Source of the DNA: Candidatus Spongiisociaceae bacterium
Lineage (GTDB): Bacteria > Actinomycetota > Acidimicrobiia > Spongiisociales > Spongiisociaceae
Length of the DNA: 64,000 nt
Direction of reading: 5' to 3'
Assembly (NCBI GenBank): GCA_965219685.1
Contig: CBDCOH010000002.1
Coordinates: 2,080,001-2,144,000 of the forward strand
The notes under the pieces were generated by a model, which did no database searches, was not told the origin of the DNA, and saw only the letters and a list, made by a program, of their open reading frames with translations. The number at the start of each line of letters is the position of its first letter. The stretch's first letter is position 1. A program made the translations under genes and the position numbers. Positions 47,566 to 57,686 of this stretch are shown one piece after another.

Positions 47566-48666
47566 ATGAACACCATCGAGAGCCGTAAGCACGAGCATGT
47601 GGAACTCGCCGTGTCCGGTGACTCCCAGAACCGTCGCTCCGCACTCTGGGAGGACGTACGTCTCGTGCCGGTCTCCGTACCCGACATCGGTCCCGCCGAC
47701 GTGGATCTCTCGGTTGACTTCCTCGGCCGGAGGCTGGCTACGCCTCTCGTGATCAGCGGAATGACCGGAGGCTACGCGCGGGCCCTCGAGATCAACCGTA
47801 ACCTGGCGGTCGCGGCCGAGAAGACCGGTCTCGCCATCGGCACGGGAAGCCAGCGGGCCGCACTGATGGACCCGGCCCTCGTCGAAACGTATTCGGTGGT
47901 GCGCGCTCATGCTCCGGGAGCGTTCGTTATCGGCAACATCGGCATGAGCCAGTTGATCCGCCAGGGCGGCGAACCCCCGATGGGACGGAGCCAGATCGAG
48001 CGTGCGGTGTCCATGATCGGCGCCGATGCGCTCGCCGTGCATCTCAACGCTGTCGAGGAACTCGTACAACCGGAAGGCGACAGGAACATGCGGAACCTGT
48101 CGGCCGGGATCGCCAGTGCCGTACGGTGGTCGCCGGTGCCGGTGATCGCCAAGGAGACAGGCGCCGGCATGGCGCGGGAGACGGCGCTCATGCTCGCCGA
48201 AGCTGGCGTCGCGGCCCTCGACGTGGGAGGCGCGGGCGGCACCAGCTTCGCCCGCATCGAGGCTCTTCGCGCCGACGCATTGGGGGACGCGACCGGTGCG
48301 AGGATCGGACGGACCTTCGCCGACTGGGGAGTCCCGACCACCCTCTCGATCATCGAGGCCGGATCCGCCGGACTGCCGCTGATCGGCACGGGAGGGGTTC
48401 GGAACGGGCTCCACGCCGCCAAGGCCCTGGCATTGGGCGCGTCGCTCGTGGGGATGGGCGGCCCGTTCATTCGAGCCGCCCTCGAAGGCCCCGAAGCCGT
48501 GATCGCGGAGGCACGCCTCGTACTCGAGGAGCTCCGGGTGGCCATGGTGCTGACGGGGGTCAGGGACGTTCGAGGACTGCGCGGCCTGGAACCGGTGTTG
48601 GTAGGGAGAGCCGCACAATGGCTCGCCGCGCGGGGCCGACCAGGTTCGAGAGGATCGAGACAGTGA
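47566..48666 (+). CDS. fni: Type 2 isopentenyl-diphosphate delta-isomerase
   Basis: RKHEHV, ISGMTGG, GSQRAAL, HLNAVEELVQPEGD, KETGAG, DVGGAGGTSFARIE and WGVPT. Confidence 0.93.
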   Translation: MNTIESRKHEHVELAVSGDSQNRRSALWEDVRLVPVSVPDIGPADVDLSVDFLGRRLATPLVISGMTGGYARALEINRNLAVAAEKTGLAIGTGSQRAALMDPALVETYSVVRAHAPGAFVIGNIGMSQLIRQGGEPPMGRSQIERAVSMIGADALAVHLNAVEELVQPEGDRNMRNLSAGIASAVRWSPVPVIAKETGAGMARETALMLAEAGVAALDVGGAGGTSFARIEALRADALGDATGARIGRTFADWGVPTTLSIIEAGSAGLPLIGTGGVRNGLHAAKALALGASLVGMGGPFIRAALEGPEAVIAEARLVLEELRVAMVLTGVRDVRGLRGLEPVLVGRAAQWLAARGRPGSRGSRQ

Positions 48667-48690
48667 CCGACAGGAGAACGAGGAGGACGG

Positions 48691-49164
48691 ATGTCGCGTG
48701 TTGAAGGCTTAGAACTCGGTTCCGAGCTGGTATCGCTTCTCGACGGGAACGACCTTCACGGCAAGGTGGGTGAGACCATCCTGCTGCTGACGGTCAGCGA
48801 GACCGGATGGCCTCATCTGGCCATGCTGAGCGTGGGCGAGTTGCTCGCGGTAGCACCCGGCGAGGTGAGGATGGCGCTCTGGAAAGGAACCCGGACCGGT
48901 GACAACCTGCGCCGCACCTCGCAGGGGACGCTGGCGCTGGTTCATGGAGGCGCCGGCCACTACGTCGAGCTGCAAGTTACGGACTCAGGCCGCCTCGAAG
49001 CCGGCCCCATGACCCTCGACTACTTCTCTTGCAAGGTCGCCCGGGTGCTCACCGACGTGGTTGGCTACGCGACCCTCACCAGCGGGATCCGCTTCGACCT
49101 TCCCCGGCAGGACGAGGTGGTCTCCCGGTGGGAGCGGACCGTGGAGGCGATGCGGGCACTGTGA
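48691..49164 (+). CDS. PNPOx-like FMN split-barrel protein, YclD/PhdC-like (candidate prFMN maturase)
   Basis: LLDG.DL..K..E..LLLTVSE.GWPH.AMLSVGE...RMALW..T.T..N pattern recalled from Bacillus YclD-like proteins of UbiD operons. Confidence 0.72.
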   Translation: MSRVEGLELGSELVSLLDGNDLHGKVGETILLLTVSETGWPHLAMLSVGELLAVAPGEVRMALWKGTRTGDNLRRTSQGTLALVHGGAGHYVELQVTDSGRLEAGPMTLDYFSCKVARVLTDVVGYATLTSGIRFDLPRQDEVVSRWERTVEAMRAL

Positions 49165-49224
49165 AAACGGCAGCCGTTGTGCTTGCACTGCCGCGCCCGC
49201 ACATCGGCCCCACACATGTTCCCC

Positions 49225-49259
49225 CCGACCACCGACTATCAACTATCAACTATCAAGCA
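49225..49259. repeat. Heptamer tandem tract
   Basis: ccgacca ccgacta tcaacta tcaacta tcaagca. Contains the stop codon of the ABC ATPase. Confidence 0.7.
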
Positions 49260-50028
49260 ACCCCGCCCTGATCTCGTTGATCAGACGGAAGAACCGGTCG
49301 TCCTCGCGAGTCCGAGCATCTCTAGGATGCGGGAGATCGATGAGCTTGTCGACGACTATCCGTCCGGGCCGTGGGCTCATCACGAGTACCCGGTTCGAAA
49401 GAAACACGGCCTCGGGGATCGAGTGGGTGATGAACAGGATGGTGGTGTGGGTGCTCTCCCAGATCCGCTGCAGTTCCGCATTCATCCGTTCTCTGGTCAG
49501 TTCGTCCAGAGCGCCGAAGGGCTCATCCATCAGGAGGATGTCGGGATTGAACGACAGGGCCCTGGCGATTGACACCCGCTGCTGCATGCCGCCCGAGAGT
49601 TGCCAGGGACTCCGGCGGGCGAAGTCCTGGAGCCCGACCAACTCCAGCATCTCGGCGGCGCGCCGGCGGCGATCGGCCTTGCGGACACCCGTCACCTCGA
49701 GGGGGAGTTCCACGTTGCGGCGGACCGAGCGCCATGCATAGAGGACCGGGTTCTGGAAGACCACCCCTATAGCCCTCTCCTGCCTGGCCTCCCGGGCGCT
49801 CTGGCCGGTCACACTGATCGAGCCGGACGAGGGTGGCAAAAGGTCGGCTATGAGCCTGAGCATGGTCGACTTGCCACATCCGGAAGGGCCGACGATCGAG
49901 ACGAACTCGTTCTGGCCGACCGAGAACGAGATGTCCTTCACCGCGACTACGGCGTCTGCCGTGGCCCCGAAGCGTTTGGTGACATCCTGCACTTCGATCG
50001 CGTTGACCGCGGTCCTGAGTGTGGCCAT
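49246..50028 (-). CDS. NitT/TauB/SsuB-type ABC transporter ATP-binding protein
   Basis: GPSGCGKS, LSGGMQQR, MDEPFGALD, ITHSIPEAVFL and MSPRPG. TAGGAT -10 box 6 nt before the ATG (leaderless). Confidence 0.93.
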   Translation of the reverse strand: MATLRTAVNAIEVQDVTKRFGATADAVVAVKDISFSVGQNEFVSIVGPSGCGKSTMLRLIADLLPPSSGSISVTGQSAREARQERAIGVVFQNPVLYAWRSVRRNVELPLEVTGVRKADRRRRAAEMLELVGLQDFARRSPWQLSGGMQQRVSIARALSFNPDILLMDEPFGALDELTRERMNAELQRIWESTHTTILFITHSIPEAVFLSNRVLVMSPRPGRIVVDKLIDLPHPRDARTREDDRFFRLINEIRAGLLDS

Positions 50029-50163
50029 CGGCCCATCCTAGATGGCATGGGTGCGCGCAGTCGGGGCCCCAGCCATCGGGTACCGTGCTGACCGGTAGCA
50101 TCACTGCTGGCGGTCACCGGCTCGACGATGTTTCGATGGCCAACAGTCACAACGGAGAATCCC

Positions 50164-51021
50164 GTGAACTATGTGAAGCTGAACAAGGTTCAAATGCAGA
50201 AGAGCCCGGACCTCACCGAGCAGTGGGTGCAGAGTCGGCTCGTAGACGATCCTTCGCTCCTGGGGCTCGGCGAACTCGACGTGAGGCAAGTCGAGCGTCG
50301 TCAGCAACGGGCAGGGCGGCTTGACATGTTGCTCAGCGACCCGGACGGCGCCACCCGCTACGAAGTTGAACTACAACTGGGAGCCACCGACGAGTCCCAC
50401 ATCATCCGCACCCTCGAGTACTGGGACAACGAAAGGCGACGGTATCCCCAATACGAACATGTGGCAGTCATCGTCGCCGAGGAGATCACGAGCCGTTTCT
50501 TCAACGTGATCAGTCTCTTCAACGGCTTCATCCCGATCGTAGCCATTCAGATGACCGCCCTCCGCCTACCCGATGACCAGGTCAGCCTGGTCTTCACCAA
50601 GGTGCTTGACCTGCTCGTCCTGGGAACGGACGAAGAGGATAAGGCCGAACCAACCAATAGGTCCTACTGGGAAAACAAGTCTACGAAACAGATGATGCAG
50701 TTAGTGGATCTCCTACACTCCATGATTCAAGAACAGGATGACGGAGTCACGCTAAAATACAACAAGTATTACATCGGTCTCGCCAAGAACGATGTGGCCA
50801 ACAACTACATCTCCATGAGGCCGCAGAAGAAAAAGGTCAACCTCCACATCCGGATACCCCGCTCGGATGAAGTTACCGGGATGCTCGACGACTCAGGGTT
50901 AGACCGGCTGTCTTACGACACCAGGCACGGTAACTATCGAATAGGCATCTCAAACAGGTCGCTGATCGAGGAACACCGGCAACTATTGATCGGACTGATC
51001 AAAACTGCCAAACCCGACTGA
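50164..51021 (+). CDS. Endonuclease NucS-like PD-(D/E)xK protein with DUF5655-like C-terminal domain
   Basis: E.WVQ..L..DPSLLGLG, GRLDMLL..RYEVELQLG.TDESHIIRTLEYW and C-terminal LKYNKYYIGL. AT-richer than the flanks. GTG after GGAGA. Confidence 0.78.
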   Translation: MNYVKLNKVQMQKSPDLTEQWVQSRLVDDPSLLGLGELDVRQVERRQQRAGRLDMLLSDPDGATRYEVELQLGATDESHIIRTLEYWDNERRRYPQYEHVAVIVAEEITSRFFNVISLFNGFIPIVAIQMTALRLPDDQVSLVFTKVLDLLVLGTDEEDKAEPTNRSYWENKSTKQMMQLVDLLHSMIQEQDDGVTLKYNKYYIGLAKNDVANNYISMRPQKKKVNLHIRIPRSDEVTGMLDDSGLDRLSYDTRHGNYRIGISNRSLIEEHRQLLIGLIKTAKPD

Positions 51022-51056
51022 GTAGTAGTGACCGAGTATGGCTTTGAAGAGGGGTT

Positions 51057-52424
51057 TCACCGCATTCCCAGCCATTGCGACCAGTCCGGAACCCGGTCGA
51101 CGCCCGGGATCTCCACCACTTCGGCGAAGTCCGCTCCGTAGGGGATCGTGGCGTCGATACCCATCAGCGACGACCCGAACTTGCTGGGCGCGGACGGGTC
51201 GAGCTGGCCTCCGGCCGCTCTCGGGATGATGATCACGTCATCGGCCGGCTGGGAACGCGTGAGCACCGCCCACCAGACCTTGGCGGGGTCGTAGATGTCG
51301 ATGTCGTCGTCCACGACGATCACGACCTTCGGGTGGGCAACGCTGCCGAGGGCTGTCAACAGCACGTTCTTCGCCTGGTTGACGTACCGCTGCTTCATGC
51401 TGATCACCGCGAGGAACTCGGCGCCGCCCTCCGGTGCGTAGTGGACCCCGGTGATGTCCGGATAGACCTGCCTCATTGCCGTCAGGAGGTTCGCCTCCAT
51501 CGGGAGCAGCTTGAGGACGTGGTTCTCGGTCACCGGGATGCCGGTCAGGCCGGCCTGGAAGATCGGATCGGTGCGGGAGGTGATTGCGGTGCAGGTGAAC
51601 ACCGGCTCCGGTCCCCCGGGTCCCACGTAACCGGTCATCTCCCCGAACGGCCCCTCCTCGCGGCGCACGTGGGGTTCGAGGTATCCCTCGATGACCAACT
51701 CCGACGTGGCCGGAACCTCCAGATCGATCGTCCGGCACTTGACGAGTTCGACCGGCGATCCGTGGAGTCCCCCCGCGATGCCGAGCTCGTCCACGCCGAA
51801 GGGCACCCTGGCCTGGGTCGCCAGCTGGATCACCGGATCCACACCGATGGCGACCGCCACTTCCAGGCGCTGCCCGAGTTCCTCCGCATGGACCCGGATC
51901 GCGTCGAAGTCCGAGTAGGGGCTGACCGCTATGCCCATTTCGGTGGGCCCGTACAACTGCATCCGGTAGATACCGGCGTTGCGTGCCCCGCTGACCGGGT
52001 CCCTGGCGATCTCGACCCCGACGGTGATGAAGGGACCGGGGTCCTGCTTCGAGTAGGTGGGGATGGGCAGGGCGGTCAGGTCCACGTCATCGCCGGTGAC
52101 GACTACCTCGTGGCACGGACCGTCGTCGACCAGCACGGGGGGAATGGGATTCTCCAAGCCGTTGATGAACACCTCGAGCGCGTCGCCCGGCCCCGCGCAG
52201 CGGAGGGCGTGTACGGCCTTGGACGGCGAGCAGAAGACACCGGCCGCGACCCGCATGTCGCTCCCCTTGGCCTCGTCGAAGAGGAACGCCGGTCCGAGCA
52301 TGTCGGAACTCTTGCGGATGTACGCCGCTATCTCGTATAGCGGGTCGACGGGCGTGGGAACGTGTGCCAACTCGCCTCTGTCGGCCAGATAGCTCAGAAA
52401 CCCGCGCAGGTCCTTGTGCAGCAT
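51057..52424 (-). CDS. UbiD family decarboxylase 2
   Basis: KDLRGFL, DPGPFITVG, NAGIYR, EGPFGEM, IVVDDDIDI and GIDAT.P. Confidence 0.93.
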   Translation of the reverse strand: MLHKDLRGFLSYLADRGELAHVPTPVDPLYEIAAYIRKSSDMLGPAFLFDEAKGSDMRVAAGVFCSPSKAVHALRCAGPGDALEVFINGLENPIPPVLVDDGPCHEVVVTGDDVDLTALPIPTYSKQDPGPFITVGVEIARDPVSGARNAGIYRMQLYGPTEMGIAVSPYSDFDAIRVHAEELGQRLEVAVAIGVDPVIQLATQARVPFGVDELGIAGGLHGSPVELVKCRTIDLEVPATSELVIEGYLEPHVRREEGPFGEMTGYVGPGGPEPVFTCTAITSRTDPIFQAGLTGIPVTENHVLKLLPMEANLLTAMRQVYPDITGVHYAPEGGAEFLAVISMKQRYVNQAKNVLLTALGSVAHPKVVIVVDDDIDIYDPAKVWWAVLTRSQPADDVIIIPRAAGGQLDPSAPSKFGSSLMGIDATIPYGADFAEVVEIPGVDRVPDWSQWLGMR

Positions 52425-52432
52425 GGTTCTCC

Positions 52433-52478
52433 TAGTTGTTAGTTTCTAGCTAGTTGTTAGTTGTTGGTTGTTAGTCGC
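52433..52478. repeat. Heptamer tandem tract abutting the RBS of UbiD 2
   Basis: tagttgt tagtttc tagc tagttgt tagttgt tggttgt tagtcgc. Confidence 0.72.
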
Positions 52479-52552
52479 GTCGGATCGGCTGGTCTTCCGG
52501 TCTCGGCGACGCTGACCGAGTTACATGCCCGCCCGGGCTCGGAGCCACCCAT

Positions 52553-54949
52553 CTAGTGTCGCAGCCGATCCGACGCCGGCCCATTCGCCTCGGCATCGCG
52601 AATGGCTCCCCAGACCCTCGCCGGGGTCATCGGGATCTCGTTGATGCGTACGCCGTAGTCGCGGAGCGCGTCCTCCACCGCGCTCACGACTGCGCCCAGC
52701 CCGCAGCCCAGCCCGGACTCCCCCGCACCCTTCGTCCCGAGCGGGGTGAAAGGAGACGGGTTCTCCTGGTGCTCGACCATGATTCGGGGCATCTCCACTG
52801 CGGTGGGGATCGTGTAGTCCATGAGGGTGGCCGTCTGTATCTGGCCGTTCTCGTCGTAGCTGATCTGCTCGTACAGTGCGCCGCCCAGAGTCTGGGCGGT
52901 CGCCCCGTGGAGATTCGCGTCCACCAGTAGCGGGTTCACGATGGTCCCCGCGTCCTCCACCAGGTAGTAGTCGAGAACCTCGATCATCCCCGTCTCCGGG
53001 TCGACGGCCACGACGCAGGCGGCGGTGGCGCTCGGCCAGGTCGGGTAGGCGTTGAAACGTCCCTGCGTGGCCGGCTGGTGGTAGATGTTCTCGGCGCGGT
53101 AATAGCGGGTGACCTCCAGCCCCGGCTCCACGTCCTCGGTGGCCGGGCCGTACGGCCTCCTGTACATCTCGTCGGCAACGTCGGAGACAAGGACCGATCG
53201 CCGGGGAGCGCCGATGACGCTTATGCGCCCGTCGACGGCCTCCAGGTCCTCGGAGGAGACCTCCAACATGTTCGCGGCGACCGCAAGCAGGCGGGCCTTC
53301 AAGTCTGCGGCCGCGTCGCCGACCACCGAGCCACCGATGATCACGCCCCGCGAGCTGTAGTTCCCGAGACCCCAGGGACAGATGACGGTGTCACCCTGCA
53401 CGACGCGCACATCCTCGAAACGGACCCCGAGACCGTCGGCGGCGATCTGGGCGAGGGCGGTCTCGTTGCCGTTGCCCGGCGATGTAATACCGCTCAGCAC
53501 GGTGACCTCCCCGGTCGGACCCACCCGTACGGTGGCGCCGTCGTAGGCCGAGATCATCACCGAGCCGGGCATCGCGCATCCCTCCGGGGTCAGTTCGTGG
53601 CCCAGCCCGATCCCGATGCAACGGCCCTCCTCACGTGCTGAGCGCCGGCGCTCTTCGAATCCCCGGTATCCGACCAGGTCCATAGCCGCCCGGAGGGTCG
53701 CGTGGTAGTCGCCGCTCCCGATGACTCCCCCTCCCTCACGAGCGAAGGGAAACTCGTCCGCCCGGAGGAAGTTGCGCATTCGCACCTCGCCGCGGTCCAG
53801 GCCGGTCGCCCTGGCCACTTCGTCCATCACCCGCTCGAGCCAGAGATTGGCGATGTCCTTGCCGAACCCCCGGTAGGAGTTCCACGGCGTCTTGTTGGTG
53901 ACCACCGTCTTCAGCCGGACGCGGCTGTTGGGAATCCGGTAGGGACCCGGGATCAGGCCGCTGGCAGCAAAGGTCATGCCCCAACCGACCAGGCTGGTCG
54001 GTGCACCCACATCGGCGACAATCCGCACGTCCACGCCGGACACCACACCCTGTTCGTCGTAGCCGGCCCTGAGCCGCGCCGTCATCTCCCGGGCGTGACC
54101 GATGGAGATGAAGTGCTCGTCCCGCGACTCGATCCACTTGACCGACCGGCGTAGCTTGAGGGCCAGATACGCGATGAGCGGCTCCTCCTGGAAGGTAGGT
54201 TGCTTGAGGCCGAAGGCCCCGCCCACCTGGGGCTGGATCACCCTTATTCGGGACTCGGGAACTCGCAGCGTCTGGGAGAGGTAGACGCGCAGGGGATGCG
54301 GGTTCTGGGTCGAGTTCCACAGTGTGAGGGTCTCCCGTTTCCGGTCGAAGGCGGCGACCAGACCGCGCGGCTCGATGGGCACCCCCGTACCGCGATGGGC
54401 GATGACCTCGGTCTCGACCACGCCGTACGCCTCGGATAGCGCGAGCGCGGCGTCACCCACCTTGAGATCCCGCCTGACCAACACGTTGGTGCCCCAGTCC
54501 GGCTCGACGAGGGGCGCTCCGGGCTCGAGCGCCACCCGGATGTCGGTTACAGCCGGAAGGGGCTCGTATTCGACGTTGATGTGCCCGAGGGCCAGGTTGG
54601 CGGTGTGTTTGGTGTCGGCCACGACCGCGGCCACCGCCTCGCCGACGTAGCGGGCACGGTCGACGCACAACGCGCGCCACTCGACTTGGTGGGCACCGAT
54701 CGCAGCCGTGTCCCAGCCCTGCGGGATCGGATTCGTGTTCTCGGCGATCTCGCCGCCGGTGACCACGGCCACGACGCCCGGGAGGGCCTCGGCCCGCGAC
54801 GTGTCGATGGACTTTATGCGAGCATGCGCGTGCGGGCTCCGGAGCACCGCCATGAAGCACATGTCGCCACCCGGACGGACATCGTCCACGTAGGTGCCCC
54901 GACCCATGACCAGAGTCCGGTTGGTGCGACCTGGGTAGCGCTTGCCCAC
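52553..54949 (-). CDS. Molybdenum hydroxylase (xanthine dehydrogenase/CoxL-like) large subunit 1
   Basis: G.GTYVDD, RSPHAHARI, RYVGEAVAAV, PIEPRG, VGGAFGLK, YRGFGK, NYSSR, NPLLVDANLHG, DYTIPT and PLGTKGAGE. The start may be a CTG at 54976. Confidence 0.9.
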   Translation of the reverse strand: MGKRYPGRTNRTLVMGRGTYVDDVRPGGDMCFMAVLRSPHAHARIKSIDTSRAEALPGVVAVVTGGEIAENTNPIPQGWDTAAIGAHQVEWRALCVDRARYVGEAVAAVVADTKHTANLALGHINVEYEPLPAVTDIRVALEPGAPLVEPDWGTNVLVRRDLKVGDAALALSEAYGVVETEVIAHRGTGVPIEPRGLVAAFDRKRETLTLWNSTQNPHPLRVYLSQTLRVPESRIRVIQPQVGGAFGLKQPTFQEEPLIAYLALKLRRSVKWIESRDEHFISIGHAREMTARLRAGYDEQGVVSGVDVRIVADVGAPTSLVGWGMTFAASGLIPGPYRIPNSRVRLKTVVTNKTPWNSYRGFGKDIANLWLERVMDEVARATGLDRGEVRMRNFLRADEFPFAREGGGVIGSGDYHATLRAAMDLVGYRGFEERRRSAREEGRCIGIGLGHELTPEGCAMPGSVMISAYDGATVRVGPTGEVTVLSGITSPGNGNETALAQIAADGLGVRFEDVRVVQGDTVICPWGLGNYSSRGVIIGGSVVGDAAADLKARLLAVAANMLEVSSEDLEAVDGRISVIGAPRRSVLVSDVADEMYRRPYGPATEDVEPGLEVTRYYRAENIYHQPATQGRFNAYPTWPSATAACVVAVDPETGMIEVLDYYLVEDAGTIVNPLLVDANLHGATAQTLGGALYEQISYDENGQIQTATLMDYTIPTAVEMPRIMVEHQENPSPFTPLGTKGAGESGLGCGLGAVVSAVEDALRDYGVRINEIPMTPARVWGAIRDAEANGPASDRLRH

Positions 54950-54972
54950 ATGAGTATCCGGCCCGCCTGCAG

Positions 54973-57411
54973 TCAGCTTCGATCCCCCTCTTCACCGCAC
55001 GATCCAGACCCTGCCTCCCTGATTCCGTTCCACACGCGTCCGGGATTGAGCGGCAACTCCTCGAACCAGACCCCGCTATCGGGAAACGCGTTCTCGATCG
55101 CGTTGCAGACAGCGCCCAGCGCGGCTCCCAGCCCCGACTCTCCCACCCCTTTCACGCCCAGCGGCGTGAAAGGGGAAGGGGTGTGCTGGTGTCGGAGGTC
55201 GAAACGCGGAAGCTCCACCGCGGTGGGAATCGTGTAGTCCATCAGGTTCGCGGTCATCAACTGACCGTTGTCGTCGTATCGCACCTGCTCGTACATTACG
55301 CTCCCCAGCCCCTGGGCTATCCCCCCGTGCATGGTGGCGTCGGCCAGCAACGGATTGATGATGTTGCCGGCATCCTCGACCATGCAGTACCGGAGGATGG
55401 TCACCCCGCCCGTCTCCGCGTCGACCTCGACAACGCAGGCGGCCACACCATTGGGCCACGTCGGGTAGACCGAGAAGCGACCGTCCCGCTCCGGTTGGTG
55501 GTAGATGTTGGGGATCCGGAAGTAGCGGGTCGCCTCGAGGCCGGGCTCGACCAGGTCGGCATGCTCCTCGAACGCATGCCAGTACACACGCTCCACCACC
55601 TCCGAGAACCCGACCGAACGGTCCGGCTCCCCATCCACCCAGATCCTCCCGTCCGCGGCGGCCAGGTTCGCCGGCTCGGTAGCCAACATCGAGGCCGCGA
55701 CGACGTGCATCCTCTCCCTCAGTTCCCTGCCCGCTTCGAAGACGGCGGATCCGCCGATGATGATGCTCCGCGAGCTGTAATTGCCCAGCCCCCAGGGGCA
55801 GGACTCGGTGTCCCCCTGGACGACACTCACGAGGTCGACCTCGCATCCGAGAGTGTCGGCAGCTATCTGGGCCAGTGCGGTCTCGTTCCCGTTGCCGGGG
55901 GAGGTGACCCCGGTGAGGACCATCACCTCGCCGGTCGGCATCACGCGCACCGTGGCGCCGTCGTACCCGTTGTTGGTGATGCTTCCCGGCATGGCCACGC
56001 CCTCGGGGGTGAGTTCCTGGCCGATACCGAGTCCGATATACCGACCCTCCGCCCTAGCGGCCGATTGCAGCTGCGGGAACTCCGCGTAGCCGATCGACTC
56101 CAGCACCGTGTCGAGTGCCTGCTCGTAGGCCCCGCTGTCGAGCATCGCGCCGGACACCTGCGGGTAGGGGAAGGCGTGGCTTGGAACGAAGTTCCGGCGG
56201 CGGACATCCGGACTCGGGACTCGTAGATGCCGCGCCACCTTCTCGACCACCCGGTCCATCAGGAAGGATGCTATGTCCTTCCCGAATCCCCGGTAGGGAG
56301 TCCAGGGGCACTTGTTGGTGACAACGCTGGTGAGGCGGACCCTGACGTTCTCGATCTCGTACACGGTGGGGAGCGAGTACATGGTCACGTACGACATTCC
56401 CCAGCCCAGATATGAAGTGGGCGCCCCCACATCGGCGATGATGTCGACTGCGAGCGCGGTGATGTTTCCGTCCGGTTCGAACCCCACGCGGTACCGGCAT
56501 TCGGTCTCCCTGGCGTGGCCCCCAACCATGAAGCTCTCGGACCGGCTCTCCAGCCAACGTACCGGCCGTCGCAGGCGGCGAGCCGCGAACGCGACGATCA
56601 CCTCCTCCTGGGAGGTGGGCTGCTTGAGGCCGAACGCGCCGCCCACGTCGGTCTGTATGACCCGTATGGACGCCTCCCGCACCCCTAGGGACGCCGCCAG
56701 GAAGGTCTGGACCTGGTGGGGTTGCTGGGTCGATTCCCAGAAGGTGAGCAGGTCTGCGATCGGGTCGTACTCGGCCACGATGCCGCGGGGTTCCAGCGGC
56801 ACGCCGGTGAGGCGCTGGGACTTGACCCTTCCGGCGGCGGTGTGTCTTGCCTGCTCCATAGCGGCGTCGAAGTCCCCCGCCTCGAAGCCGTCGGACACCA
56901 GAACGTTGTCCGCCCACGAGGGTTCCACCTTCACCGCCCCGGGACGGAGGGCCTCGCCGGCCGAACTGATCGCGTCGAGGACTTCGTACTCGACCCCTAC
57001 CCTGCCTGCGGCGGATCTGGCGATATAGGGATCGGTTGCGACCACCGCGGCTACCGCTTCACCCACATACCGGACGCGACCCTGGGCCAGGGCGTACCAG
57101 TCGACGCCCCTGGCGCCTGCCTCGGCGGTGTCCCAACCCTCCGGGATCGGCCGCGTTCCTTCCGCCACGTCGGTGGGCAGGATCACGTCGACGACGCCAT
57201 CGATGGCCAATGCCTCCGATCCGTCGACCTTCAGGATCCGAGCGTGTGCATGAGGACTGCGCACCACCGAGAGGTGATGCATATCGGCCCGCCGCAGATC
57301 ACCCACATACTCTCCGTCACCACGAGCCAGCCGCCGGTTGTTGGCGCCTATCCGGGGAGTCCCCACCGCCCTCAGCACGGGCTGTCCTACGCCGTCGCCC
57401 ATCCTGGTCAT
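54973..57411 (-). CDS. Molybdenum hydroxylase large subunit 2 (tandem paralog of subunit 1)
   Basis: Same motif set: RSPHAHARI, VGGAFGLKQP, YRGFGKDIA, NYSSR and PLGVKGVGESG. Confidence 0.9.
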   Translation of the reverse strand: MTRMGDGVGQPVLRAVGTPRIGANNRRLARGDGEYVGDLRRADMHHLSVVRSPHAHARILKVDGSEALAIDGVVDVILPTDVAEGTRPIPEGWDTAEAGARGVDWYALAQGRVRYVGEAVAAVVATDPYIARSAAGRVGVEYEVLDAISSAGEALRPGAVKVEPSWADNVLVSDGFEAGDFDAAMEQARHTAAGRVKSQRLTGVPLEPRGIVAEYDPIADLLTFWESTQQPHQVQTFLAASLGVREASIRVIQTDVGGAFGLKQPTSQEEVIVAFAARRLRRPVRWLESRSESFMVGGHARETECRYRVGFEPDGNITALAVDIIADVGAPTSYLGWGMSYVTMYSLPTVYEIENVRVRLTSVVTNKCPWTPYRGFGKDIASFLMDRVVEKVARHLRVPSPDVRRRNFVPSHAFPYPQVSGAMLDSGAYEQALDTVLESIGYAEFPQLQSAARAEGRYIGLGIGQELTPEGVAMPGSITNNGYDGATVRVMPTGEVMVLTGVTSPGNGNETALAQIAADTLGCEVDLVSVVQGDTESCPWGLGNYSSRSIIIGGSAVFEAGRELRERMHVVAASMLATEPANLAAADGRIWVDGEPDRSVGFSEVVERVYWHAFEEHADLVEPGLEATRYFRIPNIYHQPERDGRFSVYPTWPNGVAACVVEVDAETGGVTILRYCMVEDAGNIINPLLADATMHGGIAQGLGSVMYEQVRYDDNGQLMTANLMDYTIPTAVELPRFDLRHQHTPSPFTPLGVKGVGESGLGAALGAVCNAIENAFPDSGVWFEELPLNPGRVWNGIREAGSGSCGEEGDRS

Positions 57412-57522
57412 AGGAGACGGCCGGGATCCCGGTTTGGGGGGTGTCCGCGGACCGCTCCGGCTGCCGCGACAAGCGGCCCGTGCATCGACCATGTCAAGGC
57501 CGCCAACACCTTCGGCGTCGGC

Positions 57523-57546
57523 GGGAACGTGTCAGGGAACGTGTCA
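57523..57546. promoter_or_regulatory. Perfect 12-bp tandem direct repeat in the divergent promoter region
   Basis: GGGAACGTGTCA x2. Confidence 0.45.
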
Positions 57547-57686
57547 GGAGCGGGCCGGCACGAACCGGAAACGAACGGCATCGACGCATCCTATCCGATT
57601 GACGGCTGCGGATCGGGCTGGCCGGTACTGCTGTGATAGGTTGCAGACGGTAGCCACGGCGCCTTCCCGGACAGAGAGAGTTGCGG

